In this document: in pieces, positions 18,319 to 28,533 of the stretch
Layout of the letters: each line of letters begins with the position of its first letter
Position numbering within the stretch: the stretch's first letter is position 1
NCBI GenBank assembly: GCA_043780835.1
Contig: JAYWCB010000010.1
Span: 66,845 to 130,844 of the forward strand
Length of the DNA: 64,000 nucleotides
Source: Minisyncoccota bacterium
Lineage (GTDB): Bacteria; Patescibacteriota; Minisyncoccia; Phycocordibacterales; UBA2100
Direction: 5' to 3'
The notes under the pieces: model-generated
The model's database searches: none
Seen by the model: the letters and a program-made list of their open reading frames with translations, nothing else
Told to the model about the DNA's origin: nothing
Position numbers and translations under genes: made by a program

Positions 18319-18500
18319 TTCGAATCCTGACGTTCGCTTCGCGAACTCTGGTCACAGCATTATTGTGGTCAGGGATATTTTTCTCGTCGCCACTCGAAAA
18401 ATTCCACGACCCTGGCTCGCGGTCCCGCATGCTTGCGGGACATCGCTCCGCCTCGCACATGTAAAGAAAAACAGCACGCAGGTGCTGTTTTTTTATCATG
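18319..18500 (-). repeat. Structured element downstream of tRNA-Lys
   Basis: Long hairpin (CTGC loop), two-arm module (AGCA loop; GGTC...GACC), 11-nt antisense T-arm copy at 18319-18329. Confidence 0.75.
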
Positions 18501-18573
18501 TGCGCCCACCAGGATTCGAACCTGGGACCGTCTCCTTAAAAGGGAGCTGCTCTACCAACTGAGCTATGAGCGC
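18501..18573 (-). tRNA. tRNA-Lys(TTT)
   Basis: GCGCTCATAGCTCAGTTGGTAGAGCAG-CTCC-CTTTTAA-GGAG...GGTTCGAATCC...GGGCGCA. Confidence 0.96.
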
Positions 18574-18636
18574 AAGTGTCGAAAATATAGCACCCCATTG
18601 CGGTGTGAGCGAGCGGAGGTGTGTTACTGTTTTTTT

Positions 18637-19107
18637 ATGGACCCCCTCATTATCTTCGGAGCGAAGTATCTCATCATCGTTTCCGCTGTTATCACACTCT
18701 GGATCATATCAATGCTCCCCTCGCGCGAGCGCGTGCGCTTCACCATACTGCTCATGATCTCGCTTCCGCTCGCGTACGTGCTCGCGAAAATCGCCGGGCA
18801 TTTCTACATCAATCCACGGCCGTTTGTTGTTGGACATTTCATACCGCTTGTACAACACGGAGCGGACAACGGATTTCCGTCTGATCACACCCTCCTTGCC
18901 GCTTCGCTTGCCGCAGCAGTTACCCTGATTCGACCCCGCGTCGGTATCGCACTGTGGATCATCGCTATTGTTGTCGGTATATGCCGAGTACTTGCCGGTG
19001 TTCACCATGGAATCGATATCATCGGCTCAATTGTGATTGCATCCCTTGCGGTATATGCGACACATCGTTTGCTCAGCTCGCGATTGCCGCGCTTCTTGCG
19101 CGACTAA
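18637..19107 (+). CDS. PAP2-family phosphatase (BcrC-like undecaprenyl-diphosphatase)
   Basis: K.AGHFYINPRPF, FPSDHT, CRVLAGVHHGIDI. Confidence 0.9.
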   Translation: MDPLIIFGAKYLIIVSAVITLWIISMLPSRERVRFTILLMISLPLAYVLAKIAGHFYINPRPFVVGHFIPLVQHGADNGFPSDHTLLAASLAAAVTLIRPRVGIALWIIAIVVGICRVLAGVHHGIDIIGSIVIASLAVYATHRLLSSRLPRFLRD

Positions 19108-20840
19108 AGCGCCATTTGTACGGTTACGTTGTCAGTCAAATGCGCACCGTTTGGCGCAACGCACGAGATTGTAAACGTGGTCGACTGAGTGAGCGGCACC
19201 GTGGAAGCACCGCCCTTGAGAGAGGTGTGTGTAAAGCTGCCGTCCGGCGAGGTTTCGATGCAGTCTTTCACACCCTGTGTGTTCCAAAAAATTGAGGTGC
19301 GCGCTCCGAGTGGCACCGAAGGAGGCGAAGCCCATATATCAACCTTTGCCGTATTTTGAATCGTAGCCGGAGCGGATGTTGCCGTTACAGGCGGTTTTGT
19401 GCCGCCGATCGTTGTTTTTACCGTCGTTGGCCGAAATGTGGTGATCGTCGCAGTCGGCGCAATGGCGCTCGGTGGCTTTTGTCCGACAGTGTAACCGCGC
19501 AATGTGCACAAAGAATCAAAAAATGTGGATGGGATGATAAACGATAAGAAATTCTTTGACCATGGGCGGTTGATGCACATGCGAGCAATAGCCCCTTGTG
19601 ATTTACCTGTCGTGCTGTTCGTTCCATAAAAGCCGGCCACGCCTGAATTGCCGTCGCGAACACCCGCGATGATGGTCGTGCCGTTGGCAAGAATTTTTAC
19701 ATCGCCATATGCACCCGCGGGTACGTTTTTTTGAATAATACTCTGCACAATCGATTGCGGCGTGTTGAAATTGAGTGACGCGCCCGTCGAATTAGACCCA
19801 CCGGTCGAGGCGCTTCCGCCGCTCGTGTTAGACCCGCCAGTTCCGTTATTCGATACCGACCCATTGTCATTCAGATTCGTAAGCGGTGTATTAAAGCGTG
19901 AGCCACTGATATTTGTTGCGTTACCGTTTGTGAATATTGCGTCGTGTGTGTTGGTGGTTCCGCCGGTAGTATTTCCGGATGCACAATCAGGCGCATTGAG
20001 ACAATTACTATGCGTGAGCGGCGTGGGAGTGTCCGGCCGTGGCGTATCTGTTGCAGTCGCGGCTGTAACGTTTAAGTTCACACCGCCGCGCACTTCTGAA
20101 GTCTGTGCGTTTTTGATGCGAGCTGCATACAATCCGATGAGGGTATAGGTATGTGCCGTTGTTTCTGATGTACCGCTGCAGACCGTTGATGTGTGCGTGG
20201 GAAGCTGTTCGGTGTTTCCGTCTCCGTAGTCTATAAGCAAAAGCGATGTTGGGCATGCGGTCGTACCGTTGGTGAACGCAAACGTAACCTTGAGCGGTAC
20301 AGGACCCTCGGTCGGCGTGGCAACGAGGCCGCCGGTTGGATCTGTTGCACTCGTCACCGTGGTGTCGAGGTTTTTGTCATAGAAATAGCAGGTGGAATTA
20401 CTCTGTGAGAGCGCCTTATCACCGGTCGGCTGCATCGTGGTACAGCTGTTTGGATCGGTTGAACCGCTGCCGCTTCCACTACCGCCCCCTCCCCCACCTC
20501 CTTTCATTGCCTCCATGAGTTTACCGAGCAGTTCTCCAAGTTTTGAAAGACCCGCGTCCGGTCCCTTACCGTCACTTGTACCGGTTGCCTGACATTTCGG
20601 CGGAATGGTGCTTACGCATTTTCCATTCGTTGTGAATCCGCTTGTCATATCTTTGCAGGGTTTATTTATCGTCCCGCCTCCTGCCTTATCGCATTTTCCC
20701 GTCGGACCTTTTCCAAGAGGACATTGAGCAGTTCCGATACATTCCATATCTGCTGCCTCGCCTTCCGCCAAAGAAACGAACGGTGCCGCCAGAAGCAGCG
20801 TACAAAATATCAAGAGCACTACACGACTACGTGCCAACAT
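19104..20840 (-). CDS. Secreted Cys-rich surface protein with PKD domain; tandem paralog of 20895-22394
   Basis: Signal peptide, Cys-rich N-terminus, PTEGPVPLKVTF...DYGDG...HTYT..G.Y (PKD), C-terminal Ig-like module. Confidence 0.8.
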   Translation of the reverse strand: MLARSRVVLLIFCTLLLAAPFVSLAEGEAADMECIGTAQCPLGKGPTGKCDKAGGGTINKPCKDMTSGFTTNGKCVSTIPPKCQATGTSDGKGPDAGLSKLGELLGKLMEAMKGGGGGGGSGSGSGSTDPNSCTTMQPTGDKALSQSNSTCYFYDKNLDTTVTSATDPTGGLVATPTEGPVPLKVTFAFTNGTTACPTSLLLIDYGDGNTEQLPTHTSTVCSGTSETTAHTYTLIGLYAARIKNAQTSEVRGGVNLNVTAATATDTPRPDTPTPLTHSNCLNAPDCASGNTTGGTTNTHDAIFTNGNATNISGSRFNTPLTNLNDNGSVSNNGTGGSNTSGGSASTGGSNSTGASLNFNTPQSIVQSIIQKNVPAGAYGDVKILANGTTIIAGVRDGNSGVAGFYGTNSTTGKSQGAIARMCINRPWSKNFLSFIIPSTFFDSLCTLRGYTVGQKPPSAIAPTATITTFRPTTVKTTIGGTKPPVTATSAPATIQNTAKVDIWASPPSVPLGARTSIFWNTQGVKDCIETSPDGSFTHTSLKGGASTVPLTQSTTFTISCVAPNGAHLTDNVTVQMAL

Positions 20841-20894
20841 GCGATAAATCGTAACACACAGACGAGCACCTAAGGTGCTATGCGCATTCCGTGA

Positions 20895-22394
20895 CTACGG
20901 CGCCATGAGCACCGTCACGTGATTGTTCAAATGCACTCCGTTCGATGCAACACAGGAGATGGTATACGTGGTCGACTGCGTAAGTGGCACGGTCGAGGCG
21001 CCGCCTTTGAGCGATGCGTGTGTAAAACTGCCGTCCGCCGAAGTCTCGATACAATCTGTGACTCCTTGTGTGTTCCAAAAAATCGAAGTGCGCGCACCGA
21101 GCGGAACCGTAGGAGGCGAAGCCCAGATATCAACGACGGCAGTGGGAGCTGATGAAGTTGCCGCGACGGGCTTCTGGGTGGCGGTTCTCTGTATATTCAC
21201 GGTTTTTTGGTTTCCGGTTTTGTCGAATTGCGAAATGACTGCTGCATCGGGTTGAGTTTTTGCTGTGCCAATTACGTATCCCCGACCTGTGCAGAGCGAA
21301 TCAAAGAACGATGCCGGAATAATGTACGCAAGCACATTTGAAGCCCACGGACGGGTGCTGCACAAGCGCGTAACAGTGCCGAACCGCCCGCTCGCGTTGC
21401 GAGCGCTATTCGCTCCGTAGAATCCCGATACTCCTGCATTACCGTCTCGAGCGGCGACGATAATCGTCGTTCCATTGTCGAGGATTTTCACATCGCCATA
21501 CGGACCTGCCGGCACATTTTTCTGAATGATGCTTTGCACAATTGATTGTGGCGTATTGAAATTAAGCGCGGCGCCCACACCGTCGTTTGTACCACCGGTT
21601 GAGGCGCTGCTGCCCGTGGAATAGTTTCCCGCCGACCCGCCCGTCGAAACAGATCCGCTGTTATTCAAATTAGTGAGCGGCGTTGTAAACAACACTTTAC
21701 CGATGTTCGATAGTCCGTTGCCAGTAAACGCAGCGTTATGTATGCCGGCGAGGTCTGCGAGCGAATTTGTACCTCCTGTCGTTGCATGCGTTTCTACCGA
21801 CGGCGTGTCAGACGCGGTAAACGTTGCTGCGTTTACCCTCACATTTAAGCCACCTGATGATTGTTGAGACGCACTCCACGTATCAAATGCATTGAAAGAC
21901 GAGCCTGATGAACCTCCGTACGTACACGCACTGTTCGTCCCGGACGATGACGCGTCTACCGGTTGCATCGTCGTACAAATCTGACTGTTCAAACCGAATG
22001 ATGATGAGGCGTCCCCGCTTTCACCACCGCCACCTCCTCCGCCACCTCCCCCCTTCAAGGACTCCATGAGTTTGCCGAGAATTTCACCGAGCTTGGAGAG
22101 CCCTGCATCGGGCCCTTTACCGTCACTTGTGCCTTCGGCCTGACACTTGAATGTAGAGACGCATTTCCCAGACGTGGTAAATCCATTGGTCGAATCCGAG
22201 CACGGACACATGAACTTGTTCGGTGCGCCGACACATCCTTTTTTTGGAACAAATTTCGGTGAACATATACATGGATCCGGATCCGCAGGTACACACATGG
22301 CATCTGCCTCAGTACCCATTGCACGCGATATAAAAGGAGAAATCAAAAGGATGGCGCCGATGGCGAGCAACGCAACCCGGCCGCGTGTTTTCAT
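20895..22394 (-). CDS. Secreted Cys-rich surface protein; tandem paralog lacking the PKD domain
   Basis: Start MKTRGRVA; shares GTSDGKGPDAGLSKLGE, LNFNTPQSIVQSIIQKNVPAG and VDIWASPP.VPLGARTSIFWNTQGV with its neighbour. Confidence 0.8.
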   Translation of the reverse strand: MKTRGRVALLAIGAILLISPFISRAMGTEADAMCVPADPDPCICSPKFVPKKGCVGAPNKFMCPCSDSTNGFTTSGKCVSTFKCQAEGTSDGKGPDAGLSKLGEILGKLMESLKGGGGGGGGGGESGDASSSFGLNSQICTTMQPVDASSSGTNSACTYGGSSGSSFNAFDTWSASQQSSGGLNVRVNAATFTASDTPSVETHATTGGTNSLADLAGIHNAAFTGNGLSNIGKVLFTTPLTNLNNSGSVSTGGSAGNYSTGSSASTGGTNDGVGAALNFNTPQSIVQSIIQKNVPAGPYGDVKILDNGTTIIVAARDGNAGVSGFYGANSARNASGRFGTVTRLCSTRPWASNVLAYIIPASFFDSLCTGRGYVIGTAKTQPDAAVISQFDKTGNQKTVNIQRTATQKPVAATSSAPTAVVDIWASPPTVPLGARTSIFWNTQGVTDCIETSADGSFTHASLKGGASTVPLTQSTTYTISCVASNGVHLNNHVTVLMAP

Positions 22395-22407
22395 GCGATA
22401 AATCGTA

Positions 22408-23037
22408 TCACGCGCTCGAAAGCACAAAGTGCTCAAGCGCGTACTCAAGATCGAATCCCGAACGTCGTGCTTCATGCGGCAATTGCGCGAGCGTCGCTAC
22501 GAGTTTTTTTGCGCGCTCATCGGACGGTTTGCGCAGGAGCGCGTCTTTCGCAGCGTAAAAAAGGATGCCGTGAATGGCTTCAGGGGCTTTCCCCGCGTGT
22601 ATTTCTTTTTGATAGGCAACCCACAAATCTTTTTTCTTGCCGTCTTGGAGTGGCCGCACAAGATTGAAGATCGATTCTTTCACTGCACTTTTGGTCGCGT
22701 CATATTTCTCGCTCTTTTCTGCGAACTTCTCGATCTGTTTTCGCGTAGGCGTATCAATTGCGCCCTCATAGATATAAAACACGTCGGTCGATGCTTTCAG
22801 TTGCGGGAGCCGCTCGAGTACGATGGCGCGCATGTCCTCGTGCGTGAGCGTACTATCAAGCACGACCACGCGCGCTCCCCCGAACATGCCGCCGCCCATG
22901 AGCGCGGCTTCGAGGTCATTGAGCGTGTGTGCGTCGGTGATTCGAAACAATTCTACCTGTGCGACTTTTTCTTCGAGCTCAATATTCAAACGCGTGCGCG
23001 AACGTTCTGTATCTGTCCCGCTATACAAAAACAACAT
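22408..23037 (-). CDS. holA: DNA polymerase III delta subunit-like protein (short HolA)
   Basis: MLFLYSGTD, GGMFGGARVVVL, IFNL, EYALEHFVL; next to polA. Confidence 0.65.
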   Translation of the reverse strand: MLFLYSGTDTERSRTRLNIELEEKVAQVELFRITDAHTLNDLEAALMGGGMFGGARVVVLDSTLTHEDMRAIVLERLPQLKASTDVFYIYEGAIDTPTRKQIEKFAEKSEKYDATKSAVKESIFNLVRPLQDGKKKDLWVAYQKEIHAGKAPEAIHGILFYAAKDALLRKPSDERAKKLVATLAQLPHEARRSGFDLEYALEHFVLSSA

Positions 23038-23056
23038 AGCTCCATCCTACCGTGGA

Positions 23057-23162
23057 GCGAAATAAATAACATCTTGAGAAGCCCTTCGCAGCGTGGCGAC
23101 GCGAGAAGAGCAAAAACGCAGCAGCGTTTTATGCGTGCTTCGAAAGAAGTTATTTATTTCGC
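23057..23162. repeat. Structured element enclosed by an inverted copy of the polA 3' end
   Basis: GCGAAATAAATAAC (23057-23070) / GTTATTTATTTCGC (23149-23162); two internal arms with a GCA/GA internal loop and an AGCA loop. Confidence 0.75.
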
Positions 23163-25654
23163 GCAACTCTCTCTACATTCCCCCACGTCGTTCCGATCGA
23201 CATGTCTGCAATGATAGGCACTCCGGAAAGCAACGCCGGATCGACGACTGATTCCATGACACTCCGCAGTGCTTCGCCGATTTCTTCCACATCATTGTCA
23301 TCAATTTCGTATACGAGTTCATCGTGAACCTGCATCAAGAGTTTCGCGCGCTCTCGCCATCCTTTTTGTTCTATCATCTCATCGGCAACCACCATCGCAC
23401 GCTTGATGATGTCGGCCTGGGTACCCTGAATTGGTGCGTTGATCGCCATGCGCTCAGCCTGTGCCTTGATATTTGGGAGAGGCGACTGGAATCCCGGAAA
23501 GTATCTCCGTCGTCCGTACAGTGTTTCTGTGTAGCCCTGGCGTTGCGCGTCCGCTTTCGTCTTTTCAATATAGCGCGCAACGCCGGCAAAGTTTTTGAAG
23601 TATTCAGAAAGGAACGTGGCGGCTTCATCGCGACTCACTCCCGCTCCAAGGTTTTGGCGTAATGCATTCACACCCATGCCGTACAAGATGCCGAAATTTA
23701 TTACTTTTGCGCGTCGTCGCATTTCTTTATCGACATGCTCGGGTGGTACGCCGAAAACTTGTGCCGCGGTTGCGGCGTGCACGTCTTCTCCGCGCCGAAA
23801 AACCCCGGTGAGAATTTCGTCACCGGACAACCCGGCCGCGATTCGCAATTCAATCTGCGAGTAATCAATCGCAACAAGCTTCTTACCCTGTGGCGCAATA
23901 AATCCGGTACGAATGCGTCTGCCGAGTTCTGTTTTTATCGGAATATTCTGTAGATTCGGGTCCTGACACGACATGCGCCCCGTGGCTGATCCGTTTTGTA
24001 CAAATTCAGTGCGAAGTCGCCCGTCATCCGACACCATCTTGGGCATCTTTTCAATATAGGTGCCGAGCAGCTTCTGCAATTCGCGATAAGAAAGCACATC
24101 CATGATGATGGGGTGCTGATCTGCCATCTTGAGCAGCTCCTCTTCACGCGTCGTGCGAGCGCCCGTTGCGGTTTTCTTTTGTCTTTCGGGTGTGATTTTC
24201 AGTTCGTCGTAGAGCACATCGCCCAATTGCTTCGGTGAATTGATATTGAACTCATGTCCGACATATCCGAATATGCGCAATCCGATTTTTGAAAGCTCTG
24301 CGGCGTATTCTTTTTCGAGCGCGTTCAAATATTTCACATCAAGCATGATGCCGGTCGCGTTCATGCGATTCACCACAGGAATGAGCGGGCCTTCAATTTC
24401 GTTAAACACGAGTTCAAGACGACCGGTTTCGCGCAGTTGGGCAAATATATAGTCGCGCGCCTCACTAAAATCTTGCGTTTTCGCAAACGAAAGAATGTCT
24501 TGCACGCTCGGCGCAACAACATCGCTTTTCAGCAGCCAGAGCGCAACCGCGAGCTCTTTTATCTGTGCAGCATCAACAACCGCATCGCTCTCACCCACCG
24601 GTTGCACGGTCGCTTCACTCAACCCCAACGCGCCCTTGAGCCGCTGTCGTATGGAGTGAAATTCGAATGCCTCGAGCATTGGGCCGATGGTGTCTGCGAA
24701 TTCTTTCATGTGGTAATGACGCTCGGGCAAGGTGAATCCAATCGGCAAATCGCAATGGATCGTTGCAAGATCTTTTGAAAATTTCGCTTGGCTTTGATTC
24801 ATCGCCACGAGTTCCACGTACTGTTTTCGGACACCCGATTCTTTTGAAACGACTTCTACTCCCTTTTTTTGTAGTGCTTCGTAAATCTTTGGCAATCCGC
24901 CGTATTTCGCAATGAGTTTGCTCGCGCTTCCCGCCCCGACGCCGGGTACGCCAGGAATATTATCGGACGTGTCGCCCACAATGCCTTTGTAATCAATCAC
25001 GTATTCCGGACCGAAACCGTATTTGGCTTTTACTTCTTCTTCGTCATAAATGACCGTATCTGATATGCCGGTACGCATCATAAATACCTTGGTGCGCGGC
25101 CCGACCAATTGCAGGGTGTCGCTATCTCCGGTTGCGATAATGGTTTCCATATCGCTTCGCATACTTGTTTCTCGTGCGATGGTTCCGAGCATGTCGTCGG
25201 CTTCATAGCCGGGCTTTTCATAAACGGGAATGCCAAACGCCTTGAAAATCTCCGGCGCCTGAATGAGTTGTTTGATGAGTGCGTCGTCAATTTGTGCACG
25301 AGTCGCTTTATATGCCTCAAACGTTTCGTGTCGTACTGTTTTTCCTGGCAAGTCACGCGTTGCAATGATGTAGTCAGGTTTGAGCGCATCGTTGATTTTG
25401 AGGAGCATCAAAATAAGCCCATAAAGTGCACCCGTCGGTTCGCCGTTAGTTTTGGCGAAATCCGGTAGCGCGTGATACGCACGGTGCAAAATCGCGTGCG
25501 AATCCAAAAGCACAACTCGTGTCGGCTTGCCGGCATCTTTTGGAAGGGCTTTCCCCATACGCCCGACTGACTTACCCGGTTTATTTGGTTTTTCATCCGT
25601 AGGCGCAACGGAATTTTCAGGCTTCTCCAGTTTTTGCGATGATTTCTTCGCCAT
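23150..25654 (-). CDS. polA: DNA polymerase I (5'-3' exonuclease + polymerase; 3'-5' exonuclease region reduced)
   Basis: LDSHAILHRAYHA, GYEADD, GDTSDNIPGV, TGRMSC.DPNLQNIP, DYSQIELR, RRRAKVINFGILYG, QVHDEL. Confidence 0.96.
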   Translation of the reverse strand: MAKKSSQKLEKPENSVAPTDEKPNKPGKSVGRMGKALPKDAGKPTRVVLLDSHAILHRAYHALPDFAKTNGEPTGALYGLILMLLKINDALKPDYIIATRDLPGKTVRHETFEAYKATRAQIDDALIKQLIQAPEIFKAFGIPVYEKPGYEADDMLGTIARETSMRSDMETIIATGDSDTLQLVGPRTKVFMMRTGISDTVIYDEEEVKAKYGFGPEYVIDYKGIVGDTSDNIPGVPGVGAGSASKLIAKYGGLPKIYEALQKKGVEVVSKESGVRKQYVELVAMNQSQAKFSKDLATIHCDLPIGFTLPERHYHMKEFADTIGPMLEAFEFHSIRQRLKGALGLSEATVQPVGESDAVVDAAQIKELAVALWLLKSDVVAPSVQDILSFAKTQDFSEARDYIFAQLRETGRLELVFNEIEGPLIPVVNRMNATGIMLDVKYLNALEKEYAAELSKIGLRIFGYVGHEFNINSPKQLGDVLYDELKITPERQKKTATGARTTREEELLKMADQHPIIMDVLSYRELQKLLGTYIEKMPKMVSDDGRLRTEFVQNGSATGRMSCQDPNLQNIPIKTELGRRIRTGFIAPQGKKLVAIDYSQIELRIAAGLSGDEILTGVFRRGEDVHAATAAQVFGVPPEHVDKEMRRRAKVINFGILYGMGVNALRQNLGAGVSRDEAATFLSEYFKNFAGVARYIEKTKADAQRQGYTETLYGRRRYFPGFQSPLPNIKAQAERMAINAPIQGTQADIIKRAMVVADEMIEQKGWRERAKLLMQVHDELVYEIDDNDVEEIGEALRSVMESVVDPALLSGVPIIADMSIGTTWGNVERVARNK

Positions 25655-26072
25655 AGGTAAACGTGATGATACGCCCATCCCCTTCGATGTCGAATCGGAT
25701 GCCGATGGCGTCTTTTGGAATCGCGCCGGGCACTCCCTCGGGCCACTCAAGCACAATAAGGTTTCGTGGATCCGCAATAATCTGCTTCCAGCCGATCGTC
25801 TCAAGTTCCTGTTCATTTTTTAAACGGTACATATCGATATGAATGAGTCTGTCGAACAGCTGGTTTTTCAGTGCATATATTTTCTCAATCACAAACGTCG
25901 GGCTCGTGACAATTTCGCCCACACCGAGTGCCTGTGCGATGCCTTTGGCAAACGTAGTTTTCCCTGCACCCAGCTGTCCGGAGAGCGCTACCACCGTTGC
26001 AGCCTTGCCCGGGCGAAGCGTCGCAACAAAATCTGCTGCTATCTTTGGCATCTCCCGTTCGAGGACTTTCAT
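25617..26072 (-). CDS. tsaE: tRNA t6A biosynthesis ATPase TsaE
   Basis: LSGQLGAGKTTF, VTSPTF, HIDMYRL, LEWPE. Confidence 0.95.
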   Translation of the reverse strand: MKVLEREMPKIAADFVATLRPGKAATVVALSGQLGAGKTTFAKGIAQALGVGEIVTSPTFVIEKIYALKNQLFDRLIHIDMYRLKNEQELETIGWKQIIADPRNLIVLEWPEGVPGAIPKDAIGIRFDIEGDGRIITFTYGEEIIAKTGEA

Positions 26073-26145
26073 ATGCGCATTCTACCCCCTGGAAAACCGA
26101 TCAAAGCGCCATAGGCCACATACTTATGAGATACACTATTGAGAC

Positions 26146-27837
26146 ATGACCGTGTTCAACGAAAAGAAGCAAGACGAACGCCTGCACGAGCTGCGCCTGA
26201 AAGAAGAAGAGGCGCTCGCCGAAATGCTCTCGCATAAATACGGCGTTGATTATGTGGACCTGACGTCAAAATCAATCGATACCGATGCGCTCGGGCTCAT
26301 TCCGGAAGCAGCTGCCCGCTCGTGTGAAATGGCGGCGTTCCGAAAAGTAAATAAACAAGTCATGATGGCGATGCGTTCGCCCGACCGCCCTGATTCCTTA
26401 AAGCAAATCGAAACGGTCGAGCGACTTGGATACCAAGTGCGGCGCTTCATCGCGTCGCAAGCATCGCTTGAGCACGCGTGGGATCGCTATCACGATATTT
26501 CATTTGCTACGCAAACCGAAGCCGGCGTGCTCACGCTCTCGAGCGAGACCATTCAGGAAATGCTGCAGAAGCTCCACACTATAGAAGACGTCAGAAGAGA
26601 AATCGCCGTCAGCACCGAATCAAAAGATGCACACCGTATTTCGCGTGTGCTTGAAATTCTCATGGCGGGCGCGCTTTCACTCGGTGCATCCGACGTGCAC
26701 CTTGAGCCGGAAGATGCGGGCGTTGGCATGCGCTACCGCATGGACGGTGTCCTCTTACAAGTCCTTATGTTTGACGCGCCCACGTATGCGCTTATCTCTG
26801 CGCGATTGAAACTCTTGTCGGGACTGAAACTCAATATAAAAAACATGGCGCAAGACGGCCGCTTCTCGATTGTGGTCGGAGGAAAAGAAATTGAAATACG
26901 TACGTCGATTCTCCCCGGTGCGTATGCAGAAACGATCGTCATGCGTATTCTCGACCCTTCAACGATCGCGCTCCCGATGGAAGTGCTCGGATTCGATAAA
27001 TATTTGATGGAGATCTTTCAGCACGAAATCGCCAAGCCCAACGGGATGATTTTGAATACGGGACCGACCGGTTCCGGGAAAACCACTACCCTCTATGCCT
27101 TCTTGCGCGGCGTTATGAGTTCCGAAATTAAAATCGTAACCATCGAAGATCCGATCGAATACCATTTGCCCGGCGTGGTGCAGACGCAGGTTTCAAAAGA
27201 TTACACATTTGCGCAGGGCTTGCGCTCCACACTACGCCAAGACCCCGATGTGATCATGGTCGGAGAAATCCGCGACGGTGAAGTCGCTTCGACTGCAGTG
27301 AATGCCTCGCTGACCGGCCACCTCGTGTTCTCCACACTGCACACCAACGACGCCGGCGGCACGTTCCCGAGACTTATCGATATGGGTGTCTCACCAGATA
27401 TATTAGGGGCCGCAATCACGACCGCAATGGCGCAACGTCTCGTGCGACGCCTGTGCCCGCACTGCCGTGAAGCGGTGCCAATCCAAGGCGCTGATCGCGC
27501 AACCATGGACAAGCTTCTGAATAACATTCCGCACGCAGACGAATTGCCGGCAAACAAAGACACGATGTGGAAAGCGAAAGGTTGTGTGAAATGCGGCGGT
27601 ATCGGCTACAAAGGACGAATCGCCGTCGTCGAAGTTATTTTGATGGATAAAGAGATAGAAGAATGCGTTCGGCACACGTCGTCGGAGCGCGAAATTTGGG
27701 CGGCGGCCAAACACCAAAGAATCCGCCGCATGGCGCAAGACGGTGCAGTAAAAGTACTCCAAGGCGTAACAACGCTCGACGAACTTGGACGAGTCGTGGA
27801 TTTGAACGACGAAGTAATGCTCTCGACAATCGAATAA
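26146..27837 (+). CDS. Type IV pilus / type II secretion assembly ATPase (PilB/GspE)
   Basis: ASDVHLEP, QDGRF, GPTGSGKTT, TIEDPIEY, LRQDPDVIMVGEIRD, CPHC...CVKC. Confidence 0.93.
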   Translation: MTVFNEKKQDERLHELRLKEEEALAEMLSHKYGVDYVDLTSKSIDTDALGLIPEAAARSCEMAAFRKVNKQVMMAMRSPDRPDSLKQIETVERLGYQVRRFIASQASLEHAWDRYHDISFATQTEAGVLTLSSETIQEMLQKLHTIEDVRREIAVSTESKDAHRISRVLEILMAGALSLGASDVHLEPEDAGVGMRYRMDGVLLQVLMFDAPTYALISARLKLLSGLKLNIKNMAQDGRFSIVVGGKEIEIRTSILPGAYAETIVMRILDPSTIALPMEVLGFDKYLMEIFQHEIAKPNGMILNTGPTGSGKTTTLYAFLRGVMSSEIKIVTIEDPIEYHLPGVVQTQVSKDYTFAQGLRSTLRQDPDVIMVGEIRDGEVASTAVNASLTGHLVFSTLHTNDAGGTFPRLIDMGVSPDILGAAITTAMAQRLVRRLCPHCREAVPIQGADRATMDKLLNNIPHADELPANKDTMWKAKGCVKCGGIGYKGRIAVVEVILMDKEIEECVRHTSSEREIWAAAKHQRIRRMAQDGAVKVLQGVTTLDELGRVVDLNDEVMLSTIE

Positions 27838-27841
27838 TTCA

Positions 27842-27870
27842 TTGACGCTCCGGTTGCTTTTGTGTACTAC
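27842..27870 (+). promoter_or_regulatory. Sigma70-like promoter for the 27890 gene
   Basis: TTGACG-N17-TACTAC with TG upstream of the -10; AGGAGGT Shine-Dalgarno follows. Confidence 0.5.
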
Positions 27871-27889
27871 GTACGCAGGAGGTAACCCA

Positions 27890-28282
27890 ATGAAACGAGA
27901 CGAGGAACATCGACTCAGTGTGTCGAGACGCGCGGTGTGCTTTGTGCAGTTGATGGACCGTGTATTTGGTGCAAAAAACGGTGTGCCATGGCATCACTGC
28001 ATCGATATTACGGATATGGATGTCGGAAACGCGAAGAGGTGCCCCGTTGCGCAGATCGTGGGCGTTGCCGGTGGCGATTTCTATGCCGCATGCAGATACA
28101 CGGGCATTGAGATCAATGACCGGATACTGCAACATGCGGGCGTATTGTTTTACAACGTAAAAAGTGACAACAAGCCCTGGACGCTCGACTGGAGGAAGCT
28201 CGAGATCGAAAAACTCAATCGGGCACTCCGTGCCAAAATTGAACAGCGGTATCTGGAGCAGCCGAAACTCGAGTTCGCATAA
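27890..28282 (+). CDS. Hypothetical protein (SD-led)
   Basis: 130-aa ORF with AGGAGGT before the ATG and a downstream hairpin (28320-28350). Confidence 0.6.
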   Translation: MKRDEEHRLSVSRRAVCFVQLMDRVFGAKNGVPWHHCIDITDMDVGNAKRCPVAQIVGVAGGDFYAACRYTGIEINDRILQHAGVLFYNVKSDNKPWTLDWRKLEIEKLNRALRAKIEQRYLEQPKLEFA

Positions 28283-28409
28283 GGCTTCGGTTCGACGACA
28301 TTAGTTGCCATCATGTAAAGAAGCGCGGTCTATTGCAAGATCGCGCTTCTAAATTTTCTGTCGGGTGTTATGGTTCGGGAAGTCCTTCTCTGTTATTTCA
28401 CACAATGTA

Positions 28410-28533
28410 TGGAGATGCACAATTTCGGGCGATCCTTTTGTAGGAAAAGTTGCAGTTGAAATCTAAGGATGGTGAGAGTCGAAACTTTCACGTCCTCGAA
28501 GATACCGCGATCGCCCGAAGCTATGCGTCTCCA
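28410..28533 (+). ncRNA. Candidate structured ncRNA (long stem, asymmetric bubble, apical stem; 6S-like topology)
   Basis: 28410-28434 pairs with 28509-28533; 28466-28479 pairs with 28484-28496; imperfect pairs are G-U on the + strand. Confidence 0.45.

Noticed and set aside
22429-23214. Long opposite-strand ORFs (also 2360-3163, 44017-44586, 52895-53638, 59012-59644)
   Set aside because: Antisense or off-frame shadows of well-supported genes, with no recognisable motifs.
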